In this document: one piece after another, positions 17,616-28,116 of the stretch
How positions within the stretch are numbered: position 1 is the first letter of the stretch
Layout of the letters: each line of letters starts with the position of its first letter
Assembly (NCBI GenBank): GCA_963730935.1
Contig: CAVSTP010000004.1
Coordinates: forward strand, 96,001 to 160,000
Length of the DNA: 64,000 bases
Direction of reading: 5' to 3'
Source of the DNA: an uncultured Nitrospiraceae bacterium
GTDB taxonomy: Bacteria > Nitrospirota > Nitrospiria > Nitrospirales > Nitrospiraceae
The notes under the pieces: generated by a model
Told to the model about the DNA's origin: nothing
The model's input: the letters and a program-made list of their open reading frames with translations, nothing else
The model's database searches: none
Translations under genes and position numbers: made by a program

Positions 17616-19901
17616 TCAAGCTGCGGGCAGGATCTTGAGTCCCGCTTCCAAGAACTTTTGCTCCATGGCGAACCGCAGTTCGCTCGCCACTTCGTTGGGG
17701 TCGATGTCCAGCCGAATTTCCAACCAATAATTCAACGTGAAAATGCGGGCCTGGTTGCCGAATTCTTCAAGCAGGACCTGAGGCTTCGGGGTTTTGAGCA
17801 CGCGAGAATGGCTGGCTGCCAGCCCGACGAGGAGATCCATGACGGCTTGGGTGGAAGACCCGTAAGGCGCGCCGACCCGCAGCGAAAACCGGCCGATGCG
17901 GCTCGAGTAGGTCCAGTTGGTAAGGTAGTGCTCAAGGAACGTGCTATTGGGAACGAGCGTGACCACCCCCTTGGCATCCCGGACGGTGGATGAACGAAGA
18001 CCGATGGTCGTTACCCGTCCGCGCACATTCTCCACTTCGATCAAGTCGCCGACCCGCAGCGGGCGTTCGATGAGGAGCAGGATGCCGCTGATGACGTTCT
18101 TGAGCAGGTTCTGGGCGCCGAACCCTACTCCGATGGCGAAGGCGCCGCCCAGAAAGGCAAAGATCGTCAGGGGGATTTTGACCCAGACGAGACTGGTCAC
18201 GATCAGCAGCGTGAGTAGCAATGCCTGGCTCCATTGTCGAAGCAGGTTGGCGAGTTCAGGGGCGACGCCAAGGCGTGCCATGGCCAGCCGGCCGATGAGT
18301 GTCGCGCAGTACAGACACAGCCAATACCCGATCGAGAGGATCACGAGCGCGGTAACGACTTTGCCGATGGTGACGCTGCGATGGCCAGTGATCTTCTTGC
18401 CTTCCACCTCGATCGTGTCTTCGGCGCTGAACACCTCCCAATCCCATACCGCCTTGGCCCGCTCCCACGCGCGCTGCCACCATCCCTCCAGTCGGGCCGA
18501 CAGGGGTAGTTCTTGCTGCTGCTCCTTGAACATCGACTTCCACCGCTCCAGGAAGCGTGACGTCTGATCCAGGCGCCGGAGCGTCGTGTTGTAGATGTCC
18601 TCCCGTTGCCGATGTGCCTCGAGCAGCGCCCGCGTCTGTGCTCGGTCCCCCGATGCCGGACTGTTCGTGACGCGTGTTTCGAGTTCGCCGATTTGTCCGG
18701 ACGCGATGCCGGCTTGTTGCCGGACATAATCCCGGGAGGCTTGGAGATTCTTGAACAGCGGGGTAAAGCGGTCGTAGGCCTCGCGGATTTTCCCCGAGTC
18801 ACGGCCGTGAACGATGGCAAACCGGCTCTCCCATAGCTGACGCTCACCTTCGACGACGTCGAGCAGCAACTGCAACAAATCGCTCTTGAGCGACAGATTG
18901 TCCGTCCGGATCCGCGCGGCTTCGACGCCGGATTGGAGTCGGCGCATGGTGCCTGGAACTCGTCGGCCGGCTTTCGAGAGTCGGACTGCCAATTGTCCTT
19001 CTATCGCGCGAAGCTCTTCGAACTGACGAAGCCGTTCGGCAGTCGTTCTGTCCAGTTCATCGGCGAGGTGCTGTTGTTCCTCGGACAGGCGCTTCCGGAT
19101 CTTGGCGAGATCTCCTTCCGTGAATTCGACCTGTGGTTCGACAGTCGCCAGCCGGTGCTCCGCTGATGCGAGGCCGGCGCGAGTGTTCGACAGCTCCTCT
19201 CCGATGCGGATCTTTGAAACTTCAGCGGCCTGCAACTCTGTACCGGCTGCCCGCTGGCGCAACGTCTCGAGGTCTCGAAGCCATCGCTGCCGGTCATCGG
19301 AGGCCGTCCCCTTCGTGGTCTCGAGTCGCTCCGATGCCTGTCGTAGACGTTCCTCGGCGGCCAGCAGCGATTCCCGCGCGTGATTGGACCGGAGTTCAAT
19401 CAGGCTGAGTTGAGACTGCAGCCCTTCGACGGCAAGGCGCAGTGAATACACAGTGTCCCACAATTGATCGGCGTCGAACACGGAATAGGGCGACGATTCG
19501 GCCGGGGTGTCCGCTGCGGTCGAGGACTTGCCAAGCTCATCCCGGTGCTGGCGGGCCTGGTCCAGGCGCAGCATGTTATCGATCTGCTCGTCGAGACTGC
19601 GGACGATATGGTGAAGCAGCGTGCGCCGTTCGAGGAGTTCTTCCTGAGGTGTTCCCGGCGGCGTGCCGGTCGCCAAGGTCTTCGGCTTGCTGATGGCGTC
19701 GAGTTCCGCTTGGGACTTCTCGCGCTTCGTGCGCAGTTCGGCGAGCGCTTTCTCATCCACAGCGGGCGCTGCCGCTCCGGCATTGTTGTCTTGTGCCGCG
19801 ACTTTTGCAGCATCGGTGTCCGCCGTCAGGCCTTCGGTAGTGGCGAAGTACCCGAAGAGCACCACCGTACCAAGGACTGCGGAGCAGAGACGAATAGTCA
19901 T
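17616..19901 (-). CDS. Large MscS/MscK-type mechanosensitive channel
   Basis: Signal peptide, long coiled-coil periplasmic region, GVGFGAQNLLKNVISGILLLIERPLRVGD, VPNS. Confidence 0.9.
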   Translation of the reverse strand: MTIRLCSAVLGTVVLFGYFATTEGLTADTDAAKVAAQDNNAGAAAPAVDEKALAELRTKREKSQAELDAISKPKTLATGTPPGTPQEELLERRTLLHHIVRSLDEQIDNMLRLDQARQHRDELGKSSTAADTPAESSPYSVFDADQLWDTVYSLRLAVEGLQSQLSLIELRSNHARESLLAAEERLRQASERLETTKGTASDDRQRWLRDLETLRQRAAGTELQAAEVSKIRIGEELSNTRAGLASAEHRLATVEPQVEFTEGDLAKIRKRLSEEQQHLADELDRTTAERLRQFEELRAIEGQLAVRLSKAGRRVPGTMRRLQSGVEAARIRTDNLSLKSDLLQLLLDVVEGERQLWESRFAIVHGRDSGKIREAYDRFTPLFKNLQASRDYVRQQAGIASGQIGELETRVTNSPASGDRAQTRALLEAHRQREDIYNTTLRRLDQTSRFLERWKSMFKEQQQELPLSARLEGWWQRAWERAKAVWDWEVFSAEDTIEVEGKKITGHRSVTIGKVVTALVILSIGYWLCLYCATLIGRLAMARLGVAPELANLLRQWSQALLLTLLIVTSLVWVKIPLTIFAFLGGAFAIGVGFGAQNLLKNVISGILLLIERPLRVGDLIEVENVRGRVTTIGLRSSTVRDAKGVVTLVPNSTFLEHYLTNWTYSSRIGRFSLRVGAPYGSSTQAVMDLLVGLAASHSRVLKTPKPQVLLEEFGNQARIFTLNYWLEIRLDIDPNEVASELRFAMEQKFLEAGLKILPAA

Positions 19902-19902
19902 G

Positions 19903-19939
19903 TTAGAGGGGGATGTAAGGTTTAGAGGGGATGTAAGGT
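19903..19939. repeat. Tandem 18-19-bp duplication TTAGAGGGG(G)ATGTAAGGT
   Basis: Two adjacent copies immediately upstream of the channel start codon. Confidence 0.8.
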
Positions 19940-20292
19940 TGGTATCATGCCCTGGTTCGGCGCAGGACTGGTGAAACCCCTGGTTGAGGCGGCGTCAGGA
20001 TGTTTTCTTCATTTCTCGGTGGCGGCGGTGATCTTGCCCTTGTGTTGCTCCCTCCTCGAAATATTTTCTCGGGCATTTGCTAGTCGATAGACGTCAGTGC
20101 GTCGCTCATAGTGGGCAGAAGCACGATGAGCGCGTGCGCCATTCGTACGAGAGCCGTAGCAGATAGTCTGCCAATGATTGAAGCAGCATCTCCGCCAAGC
20201 GCAACAGATCGCCAGATCAGTCGACATCGACACGGCTGCACGTTAGGTCACCGAGCTCCGCTGACCGACGTCACCGTGAGAAGGAAGATCAT

Positions 20293-21750
20293 ATGAAAGC
20301 GAACAGGGTTTGGCTCCAAGGTCTCTGTATCACCGGAAGTCTTGCGCTCGCTTCATGGGCGCTCGTTATGGACCGCACGGGTCTCGCCCAACCGACTCCT
20401 GAAGGAAAGAAGCAGCAGTCGCAGCTTGGCACCCTCGAGGATGCCAAGCTCAAGGGCTTCGAGGGCGTGGATTTTTCCTATGATGTGTTCGGTGCGCCTC
20501 CCGGCCAGGATGCCCAAAAAATTGCCGAGGAGGTCATGAAAAAGGACGTTGCCCAGAAGTCGGACGTCATGAAGCGCCAGCACAAGTTGCTGAGTGACCG
20601 TTACGACCTCAGTTGTCGGACCGAAAAAGGCATCACCATGACGAAGGGTAAGCCGCAACCGATCGGTCCGATCGTCAAACTCGGCTCCGGCATGACGTGG
20701 GAGCAGTTGGGGCAGTTGTCCGTCGATGACATCAAGAAAAAGGGCGCCTTCCCCCCAGGCTTTGATCGGCTCCCGCACGTCAAGCAGGCTGTGGGCGGCC
20801 AGGTATTTCCTCAGGTCCAGATCAAGGAATTTCCGAGACTCGAGCGATTCGACGTAGACTTTGATCTGCCGGAATGCCTACTGCCGGAATTTCCCCCGCC
20901 GATTTTCCTCACGACCCATCCCGAACTCGGTGATGTCTCTCAGGGGGAGGTGCTCCACGCCGAGAACTTCGACCGGCTCTTCCGCGGACTCGTCACCCCC
21001 GCCCAACTGGATGGACTCCGCATGCTCGTGACGCAGTTTCCACAGGAGGAGTTCAATGCAACCCATGACCGGAAAACCGTCAAGCCCAGCTTGGGGGTGA
21101 GTTGCCTGGATTGCCATGTCAATTTTCACACGACGGGACAGTTTCACCTGAATCCGGACACTCGACCGCAAATGGAACGCCTGCGCCTGGATACGGTCAG
21201 TCTGCGAGGCATGTTCAACCAGCAAATCCACGGCTCAAAGCGCTCCATCCGATCGGTGGAAGATTTCACCGAATTCGAGCAGCGCACGGCGTATTTCAAC
21301 GGCGATCCCATTCGGGCGATGAAAAAAGGCATGAACATCATCGACCGGGTGCCGGTGGCCCACATGGCACAGATGCAGAACATGATTGATTTCCCCCCGG
21401 CGCCGAAACTCGATCCCATGACCGGTCGCCTGGATCGTGGGAAGGCGACCGCGCTCGAAGCGAAGGGCGAAGACCTCTTCTTCGGGAAAGCCAAGTGTGT
21501 GGCCTGTCATCAGCCGCCGGCGTTCACCGATCACCAGATGCACGACCTCCGCCTAGAGCGGTTCGGCGCAGCAGCCGATGGGCCGATCAAAACCTTTGTG
21601 TTGAGAGGCATCAAGGATTCTCCGCCCTATTTTCATGACGGTCGGCTGCCGACGCTCGAAGACACCGTGGAATTCTTTAATGTCGTCGGGGGCCTCAAAC
21701 TGGACCAAGACGAAAAAAAGGCGCTCGCAGCATTTCTTCGGGCCTTGTGA
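20293..21750 (+). CDS. Exported diheme c-type cytochrome (CCP/MauG-superfamily-like)
   Basis: Signal peptide; CLDCH and CVACH; GEDLFFGKAKC, LRGIKDSPPYFHDGRLPTLED. Confidence 0.85.
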   Translation: MKANRVWLQGLCITGSLALASWALVMDRTGLAQPTPEGKKQQSQLGTLEDAKLKGFEGVDFSYDVFGAPPGQDAQKIAEEVMKKDVAQKSDVMKRQHKLLSDRYDLSCRTEKGITMTKGKPQPIGPIVKLGSGMTWEQLGQLSVDDIKKKGAFPPGFDRLPHVKQAVGGQVFPQVQIKEFPRLERFDVDFDLPECLLPEFPPPIFLTTHPELGDVSQGEVLHAENFDRLFRGLVTPAQLDGLRMLVTQFPQEEFNATHDRKTVKPSLGVSCLDCHVNFHTTGQFHLNPDTRPQMERLRLDTVSLRGMFNQQIHGSKRSIRSVEDFTEFEQRTAYFNGDPIRAMKKGMNIIDRVPVAHMAQMQNMIDFPPAPKLDPMTGRLDRGKATALEAKGEDLFFGKAKCVACHQPPAFTDHQMHDLRLERFGAAADGPIKTFVLRGIKDSPPYFHDGRLPTLEDTVEFFNVVGGLKLDQDEKKALAAFLRAL

Positions 21751-21763
21751 GAGGAGGCTTGCG

Positions 21764-22021
21764 ATGGAGCAGCGCACCCAGCATCGAACCACCGACGGAT
21801 CTGTGCTCCGGCACATCGAAGAGCTTGTGGCGGAGGAACACCGGCTACAGGCTCATGGATCGTTATCCGAAGACGAGCGCGCCCGCTTGCAGGCGCTCGA
21901 AGTCGAACTCGACCAGACCTGGGATCTCCTGCGTCAACGGAGAGCGTTGCGCGCCGTCGGGCAGGACCCGGACAAGGCTGAGGTGAGACCCCCTGACATC
22001 GTCGAGAAATACGAGCAATGA
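21764..22021 (+). CDS. DUF2630-family protein
   Basis: LVAEEHRL...LEVELDQTWDLLRQRRA...VEKYEQ; GAGGAGG RBS. Confidence 0.85.
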   Translation: MEQRTQHRTTDGSVLRHIEELVAEEHRLQAHGSLSEDERARLQALEVELDQTWDLLRQRRALRAVGQDPDKAEVRPPDIVEKYEQ

Positions 22022-22054
22022 GAATCGGCGTCATCCGAGTGAAAGGAGATCATC

Positions 22055-22504
22055 ATGTCCCTCATCGAGAAATCGATCGAGATCAATGTGCCGGTGAGAA
22101 CCGCGTACAACCAGTGGACCCAGTTCGAGGAATTTCCGAAGTTCATGGAAGGCGTGAAACATGTGAAACAGCTCGACGACACACATTTGCACTGGAAAGC
22201 TGAGATCGGTGGAAAGGAAAAAGAATGGGACGCCGAAATCACGGAACAGATTCCCGATGAGCGAATCGCGTGGAGAAGTCGTGACGGCGCGCAGAATGCC
22301 GGCGTCGTGACCTTTCATCGCCTCTCGGATTCAACGTCCAAGGTCATGCTTCAGATGGAATATGATCCCGACGGCGTCCTTGAACATGTGGGAGATGCGA
22401 CCGGTGTGGTGAGCCACCGAGTACTGGGCGATCTCGAGCGCTTCAAGCGGTACATCGAAAGCCGCGGACACGAAACGAGCGCCTGGAGGGGGACCGTCAA
22501 GTAG
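22055..22504 (+). CDS. SRPBCC/cyclase-family protein
   Basis: VPVRTAYNQWTQFEEFPKFM, WDAEITEQIPDERIAW, DLERFK. Confidence 0.92.
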   Translation: MSLIEKSIEINVPVRTAYNQWTQFEEFPKFMEGVKHVKQLDDTHLHWKAEIGGKEKEWDAEITEQIPDERIAWRSRDGAQNAGVVTFHRLSDSTSKVMLQMEYDPDGVLEHVGDATGVVSHRVLGDLERFKRYIESRGHETSAWRGTVK

Positions 22505-22529
22505 AAGCACTCATCAGCAAGGAGCCGAG

Positions 22530-22883
22530 ATGAACACACAATGGTTTGTCGTGTACGTGACCGTGGGCGTGCTGTGTCAGTCTCTTCCTGCGTACTCTGC
22601 AAACGTGCCAGCCGCCAGGAGACGGGGATCGCCGATCCCAGCGTGAACCGGGATGCGTGTCGTGCGAGGAGAAGTGAAACAGGCCACGCTCAAAACGATT
22701 GCCGTGGAGGACGCAAACGGGAAGGAAGTGACGATGTCGATCGATGTCGCAACGACGGGTGATCGGGACATTCGGCCGGGCGATGTCATTACCGGCACGG
22801 TGACAGCCCACGGCAGAGCCGTGGCAATTCACAACGAACCGGGCATTGAGGCCAGTCACAAGGAACCCGGTGCCGAGCGCTGA
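22530..22883 (+). pseudogene. Small exported OB-fold-like protein interrupted by a stop or compensating indels
   Basis: AAGGAG + ATG 22530 encoding a signal peptide; in-frame TGA at 22644; the same frame resumes as VVRGEVKQ...IRPGDVITGTV. Confidence 0.55.
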
Positions 22884-22923
22884 GCAGCACACGTCCCACC
22901 GCGCAGAAGAATAAGGAGGAGTC

Positions 22924-23530
22924 ATGACCACATCTCGCCTCAACAATCCGGGAAGAGGAAAGGGGAGGCGCGCCCGCAATTCCGAGATGGGATCAGAAGT
23001 CCCCCGTCGGTCCGGACGTGGGAGGCGCTCGACCGGTCCTACGGAACGGGATCGTGTGTCTCACAACGAGTCGCTCAGCCAGGAAGCGCAATTGCCCCTC
23101 GGGTTGGGATGGTTTGGCATCGGGCTTGGTCTTGCGGAACTGCTTGTTCCGCGTCGGTTAGCTCGAACGATCGGTGTGCCGTATGAGCATCATCGTCTGA
23201 TCCGGGTGATGGGCGTCCGTGAAATTGCCAACGGCCTCGGCATTCTGATCTGGCCTTCGACATCCGCTGGCGTATGGGCACGCGTGGTCGGCGACATCGT
23301 CGATCTGGCCTGTCTTGGAGCCGCGTTCACGTCGGCCAACGCAAACCGAAGCCGGTTGGCTGCCACTGCGGCCGTCGTTGCCGGGGCGACAGCAGTAGAT
23401 CTCGTCTGCGCGCAACAGCTGACACGAGACATGACGACGCGGGACGGTCGTCGCGGCATGGTTCGGCGAGGATCCCCCGCAGTCCATCAAGATGAACCTG
23501 CCGCGCTTTAAGCAGGTCATAGAACGAAGC
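22924..23530 (+). pseudogene. Cyclase/dehydrase (membrane domain + SRPBCC) with deleted SRPBCC core
   Basis: N-domain GLGWFGIGLGLAEL...VWARVVGDIVDL; an out-of-frame C-terminal remnant VAAWFGEDPPQSIKMNLPRFKQVIE follows directly at about 23450. Confidence 0.65.
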
Positions 23531-23822
23531 CGGTGCTGTCATCGACCCGCATCGCGCCAAGCAGCATCGCTAGAGATTGAAGTACCCTCCTCGTCAGGGC
23601 AGGGTTGTTCTGCCCAGCCTGCACTGATGTTTCTTGCCCGTCGACCTCGCGCATCCTGTCCCTCCCCAGACAGCTTGTCTAACCTTGTGCACCCCAAGTT
23701 GAGCGCGAACAATAAGTCATTGAGAGATCATTGGTTTGCATGATGGCCACGACCCCGTCATGGTCCAACACTTGCTCACTTTTACGGGATCAGCGCATCG
23801 GTCACAACGAAAGGGGTGTGTG

Positions 23823-24635
23823 ATGAGGAAGATATTCAACAAGCTGATCATGATGGCCGCATTGATACTGGGACTCGACATGGGGCTGTGGGGTGTCATC
23901 CAAGCCGCCGCCGACGCTCAGAAAACGCCGGAGGAGCAGGTCATCACCAAACCGACGGAGAACCAATTGCCTGGAGATCGCTTGGTGACCGGCCGCATCG
24001 TGTCTATTCGAGGCAATCAAATGGAGATCGATATCGGTACCGTCAAATCGTTCTATGTGCCGGTGCGACCTGCCACGGTCAAAGGGCAGACGTTCGAGGT
24101 GGGGCAGCCGATCATCATCACCTTGAATGACCACAATGCGGTGGTGGATTACCACCATCCAAACGAGCGATCGGATCATCAGGTGCTGCGCGGGAAACTG
24201 ACAACTCCGCTCACCGTCGGGCTGGACAAGGCCGTGATCGAAACGTCGCAGGGAATCAGGACTTTTATGGTCGCGGATCGGGCAAAGGGAAAGCTCACGG
24301 CGATTCCAGTCGGTGTCGAGGCGTTCTTCCTTGCCGATGAGAGCGGCCAACTGGTCGACGCTCAGCTTGCCAGTGCAGAGGCGGTCCACGAATCCGGACA
24401 AAACAATAAAGCACGAATCAAAGGCGCCCATGAACAGGTCCGGGCGATCTTCAAAGGCACGGGTGGGGACAGCACATTGAAGATCGCTGAACAGGGGAAG
24501 GAGCGAGAGGTGCCGTTTCGCCCTCCGCTTGAAAAGCTCGATCGCCTGAAACCAGGTCAAGACGTCGTCCTATTGATGGACGATCAGGGATATGTGCTCG
24601 AGATCGCAACGCCTGAAGTCACGCCGGTCCGTTGA
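23823..24635 (+). CDS. Exported protein with three beta-barrel (OB-like) repeats
   Basis: Signal peptide; three repeats ending VGQPIIITLNDHNAVVD / VGVEAFFLADESGQLVD / PGQDVVLLMDDQGYVLE. Confidence 0.75.
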   Translation: MRKIFNKLIMMAALILGLDMGLWGVIQAAADAQKTPEEQVITKPTENQLPGDRLVTGRIVSIRGNQMEIDIGTVKSFYVPVRPATVKGQTFEVGQPIIITLNDHNAVVDYHHPNERSDHQVLRGKLTTPLTVGLDKAVIETSQGIRTFMVADRAKGKLTAIPVGVEAFFLADESGQLVDAQLASAEAVHESGQNNKARIKGAHEQVRAIFKGTGGDSTLKIAEQGKEREVPFRPPLEKLDRLKPGQDVVLLMDDQGYVLEIATPEVTPVR

Positions 24636-24653
24636 CGACATGCTCACCTTGGG

Positions 24654-24689
24654 GGGCCGTATGGCATAGCGGTGCGCGCCATACGACCC
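24654..24689. terminator. Stem-loop downstream of the 23823 gene
   Basis: CGTATGGC/GCCATACG inverted repeat with GGG/CCC extension. Confidence 0.4.
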
Positions 24690-24928
24690 TCCCTCTCCAA
24701 AACTGTTCGCGCTGAATCGATTCCTTCATGGTGTCCCGAACTTGGGCAGAACTTCCGTGACGACGAGGGATGCTACCAGTGGAATATGACGCCCTCGAGG
24801 CTAGCATGTCAGGGGGCACGAACCACACCAACAATCGTGTAATCCTCTCATAAGATCGGCTGCTCCTCCGCGCCGTAAGGCGCCGAGGGTATCCTTGTTA
24901 ATCTCCGAGCTTCATTGAAGGAGTTGTC

Positions 24929-25154
24929 ATGGCCATCAATCTGTTGCAGGACAAAGGGACACCGCTCCACCATGCCATTCACGTGGCCGAGCTCGCCGAC
25001 AACGACGGATGGCGATTGCTGATCAAACTGGCCAGGGAACTGGGGCAGGACGATATGGCCGGTCGATTTCAGACGGCGCTCAAGGAAGAAGACCGGCACC
25101 GCCCTGCGGGCATGGATGGAGCAGATCTGCCTGAATGAGGCCGGTGCGCAGTAA
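24929..25154 (+). pseudogene. Ferritin-like protein remnant (internal deletion plus frameshift)
   Basis: AAGGAG RBS; MAINLLQDKGTPL joined to AELADNDGWRLLIKLA...EEDRH (ferritin C-terminal helices, ExxH); tail ALRAWMEQICLNEAGAQ* lies in another frame. Confidence 0.6.
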
Positions 25155-25183
25155 AGACAGACGCTTCAAAAGGAGAACCTGCT

Positions 25184-25624
25184 ATGACCAGCCGAAACTT
25201 CGCTCGTGTCATCGGCATCGTCTTTCTCGCCGTCGGAGTGCTGGGATTTTTCCCAGGATTGAAGTCACCGCTTCCACTCTGGGCACCACACTTGGCAGCG
25301 GATGGGGAATACGGGCTGCTGCTGGGATTGTTTCCGGTTAATTGGATCCACAATCTCGTGCATCTGATCATCGGAATTGCCGCATGGAGAGCATCGAACA
25401 CAATGAGTGATGCCCGCAAATTCGCGCGCGGGTTGGCCATCTTGTACGGTGGACTGGCGGTCATGGGCGTGATCCCGAAGCTGAACAGCACATTCGGGTT
25501 GATTCCGCTCTTCGGCCACGATGTCTGGTTGCATGCGGCGACGGCTGCCATCGCCGCCTACTTCGGATTTGGTGAGCGGGCCGAGAAAATGGAAATCAGA
25601 GAACGGTACAAGAGAGCGGCCTAA
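25184..25624 (+). CDS. DUF4383 membrane protein
   Basis: FARVIGIVFLAVGVLGF, LLGLFPVNWIHNLVHL, DVWLH. Confidence 0.88.
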   Translation: MTSRNFARVIGIVFLAVGVLGFFPGLKSPLPLWAPHLAADGEYGLLLGLFPVNWIHNLVHLIIGIAAWRASNTMSDARKFARGLAILYGGLAVMGVIPKLNSTFGLIPLFGHDVWLHAATAAIAAYFGFGERAEKMEIRERYKRAA

Positions 25625-26193
25625 CGTGAGGCGATGGCCTGTTGTTCGGAGCCAAGGTGACGTTCCAGCGCTCTCGCCGCCGAGATATGGCTAAGGAGGT
25701 TGGGTCCGGTGCGGACTAATTCCTGTTTAAGTGTGACATTGTCTTCGGATTCTGCGGCGGCCTCGAGAATGTTGAACGCTCGTACATGCTGCTGGATCTC
25801 ATACTGTACATACGCCCGGTCGAACGCTGTTCCCGACATGACCCGCAGGTCCCGCATAGCCTGTTCATGAGCCTGTTTCAGCTGGGAGGTGAGCGAGGGC
25901 GGGTCAGGCTGCAGCGATAACTGCGTGGCCAATCGCCCATTGGCTTCGGTCAATTGCCGGTGTTCATTCAAGACCCTGCCAGCGAACGCTTGAACTCTTG
26001 GATCGGATGCCTGTTTCTGTGCGAGCTGCGCCGCATCCATTTCTCCTTCATCGATGCTGTCCAAGACGCTCACGACATTGGCGTCCGACATCGTCAGGCC
26101 TGGGAGAAGCTGTTGGAAGAAAGCGCAACCGACGAAGACTGGGTCGACGAAGGTAGCCATGACCACAAATGTGAGGTTCTTGATCCTGATCAT
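25621..26193 (-). CDS. DUF4142 exported protein
   Basis: EMDAAQLAQKQASDPRVQAFAGRVLNEH, SGTAFDRAYV; AAGGAG RBS. Confidence 0.88.
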   Translation of the reverse strand: MIRIKNLTFVVMATFVDPVFVGCAFFQQLLPGLTMSDANVVSVLDSIDEGEMDAAQLAQKQASDPRVQAFAGRVLNEHRQLTEANGRLATQLSLQPDPPSLTSQLKQAHEQAMRDLRVMSGTAFDRAYVQYEIQQHVRAFNILEAAAESEDNVTLKQELVRTGPNLLSHISAARALERHLGSEQQAIASR

Positions 26194-26246
26194 TGGACCC
26201 TCTCCTTCGCGGGTTCAGGCCTACCTATCTCAACCATTATGATTCA

Positions 26247-26262
26247 TGCTATGCCCGCGCCT
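26247..26262 (-). promoter_or_regulatory. Possible sigma54 promoter for DUF4142
   Basis: AGGCGCGGGCATAGCA, GG-N10-GC spacing. Confidence 0.35.
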
Positions 26263-26436
26263 CATGGATTGAGGCCTGGGGAAAATCCTAAGAAGAGGGT
26301 GAAATCGTCGGTAACGACTCGGCATAAGCTGTCCGTGCAAAGACAGTCTGTCTAGAAATCTGCCGGCGGTGATTGCAAAGGGAGAGCGCTGGCGGCGATT
26401 TTCTGGCTTCGTCGTTGGCGACCGGCCCGTGCATAA

Positions 26437-26452
26437 GGGCCTGTGTCTTGCA
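26437..26452 (+). promoter_or_regulatory. Possible sigma54 promoter
   Basis: GGGCCTGTGTCTTGCA, GG-N10-GC with TTGCA. Confidence 0.4.
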
Positions 26453-26595
26453 ACCCTCTGATTTGATTTGCCCGACTTGATTTGCCGAGCCAACTTATCC
26501 GGCTCGTTCCAAGGTCATGTCATTTGCGCTGGTGTCCATAGATACTGGCGATTGAAGCCATTGGCGGCTTTCACAGACGAAGAGAAGGAGATTCC

Positions 26596-27371
26596 ATGAG
26601 CAGAAAGGTAGGGAAACGCTATCGGTATCGAACAAATACTCAGGATTTGGACTGGCATGAAGAGCGCGCCGATGCCGCGCAGAATATCGGAGATACGCAG
26701 CGGCTAGTCTCCGCCATCGCCGGAGTTGGATTGGTCATAGAAGGCTGGCGCCGCAGGTCCATGGCCGGCGGTGCCTTGGCCGTCGGCGGAATGGCACTGC
26801 TGTACCGTGCTGCGACCGGCTATTGCGCTGCGCTCGGAGCGATGGGCATCGATATGCGGGCGGCAGATCGGATACCAGACGGCTGGGTCGGCGCAAGGTG
26901 CACTCGAACCAGGCCACGAAGATCAGAAGAATTATCGAGATCAACAGGCCGCCGGACGAGCTCTATCGCTTCTGGCGTACACTCGACAACCTTCCGAGGA
27001 TCATGAGCCATCTGGAATCGGTGCAGGTCAGCACCGACCGGTTCTCTCACTGGACGGTCAAGACGATGCCCGGTCTGCCGACCATCGAATGGGATGCGGA
27101 GATCATCAATGATGTCGAGAATGAGCGGATCGGCTGGCGCTCATTGAACGATTCTGATGTCGACCAGGCAGGGTCGGTGGAGTTCGAACCGGTCGGCGAC
27201 GGCCGGACGACGCGGTTGACGGTGACCTTGCAATACTCGCCGATCGCCGGTCGCCTCGGAGCGGCCGTGGCCAAGTTCATCGGCCAGGATCCGGAATTCA
27301 AGATTGCCGACGATTTGCAGCGGTTCAAGGAATCCATGGAAACCGGGAACGCCGTGAGTTCGAAGGGTTGA
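26596..27371 (+). pseudogene. YgaP-like (DUF2892) + SRPBCC protein, frameshifted
   Basis: NIGDTQRLVS...LLYRAATGYC in one frame and INRPPDELYRFWR...DDLQRFK in the -1 frame; one extra G in the GGG at 26858-26860 would join them. Confidence 0.8.
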
Positions 27372-27372
27372 G

Positions 27373-27888
27373 GTGAGGACACCGCACCCGGAACCACTGC
27401 GGCCGGACGACCATGTCATTGGACCGGATTCGGCGCCGGTGACCGTGATCGCGTATTGCGATTTCGAGTGTCCGTTCTGTGGCCGGGCGTTCGTCAGGAC
27501 CAAGCGGCTCCGCGAGCGATTCGAACATCAATTGCGCTTGGTCTACCGGCATTTTCCACTCACCGACAAGCATCTGTTTGCCCAACAGGCAGCCGAAGCC
27601 TCGGAAGCCGCCGCCCAGCAGGGCCGGTTCTGGGTGATGCACGACCTGCTGTTCGAGCACCAAGAGGACTTGGAAACGAAGGATCTCTACCGGTACGCGG
27701 AGGCGGCCGGCTTGGATCTTCCGCGCTTCAAGGCAGACCTGCATGGTCGGGTGCATGCCTCCCGAGTGCTTTTCGACGTGAGGTCCGGACAGCGAAGCGG
27801 CGTGACCGGCACCCCGACGTTCTTTCTGAACGACGCGTGGTTGGAAGACGACGATCGGTTGGAAGACATGATCGGACGTGCCGCGTAA
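27373..27888 (+). CDS. DsbA-family thioredoxin-fold protein
   Basis: DFECPFC, YRHFPL, GVTGTPTFFLN. Confidence 0.9.
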   Translation: MRTPHPEPLRPDDHVIGPDSAPVTVIAYCDFECPFCGRAFVRTKRLRERFEHQLRLVYRHFPLTDKHLFAQQAAEASEAAAQQGRFWVMHDLLFEHQEDLETKDLYRYAEAAGLDLPRFKADLHGRVHASRVLFDVRSGQRSGVTGTPTFFLNDAWLEDDDRLEDMIGRAA

Positions 27889-28116
27889 CGGAGTAAGAAA
27901 CCACACTGAACCGAAGCTCGCGATGGAGACCGATACCCTCCTCATCCTCGCGGCGAAAGACCGCACAGTGAATACCAACCAGTGGTCTAGATTACAAGCC
28001 ACCACAAACCGGGTTGCAGCCTAGGCGATTTGAGCAGGACTAGAGAATGTTCCAGTGTGCAGGTACTGCATTCGGAATTACTCTGACCAAATTGAAGCAG
28101 GAAGAGGCGGAAACAG

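Noticed and set aside
22644..22646. In-frame TGA as selenocysteine read-through
   Set aside because: No redox motif context and no SECIS recognised; neighbouring genes are also broken, so decay is the simpler explanation
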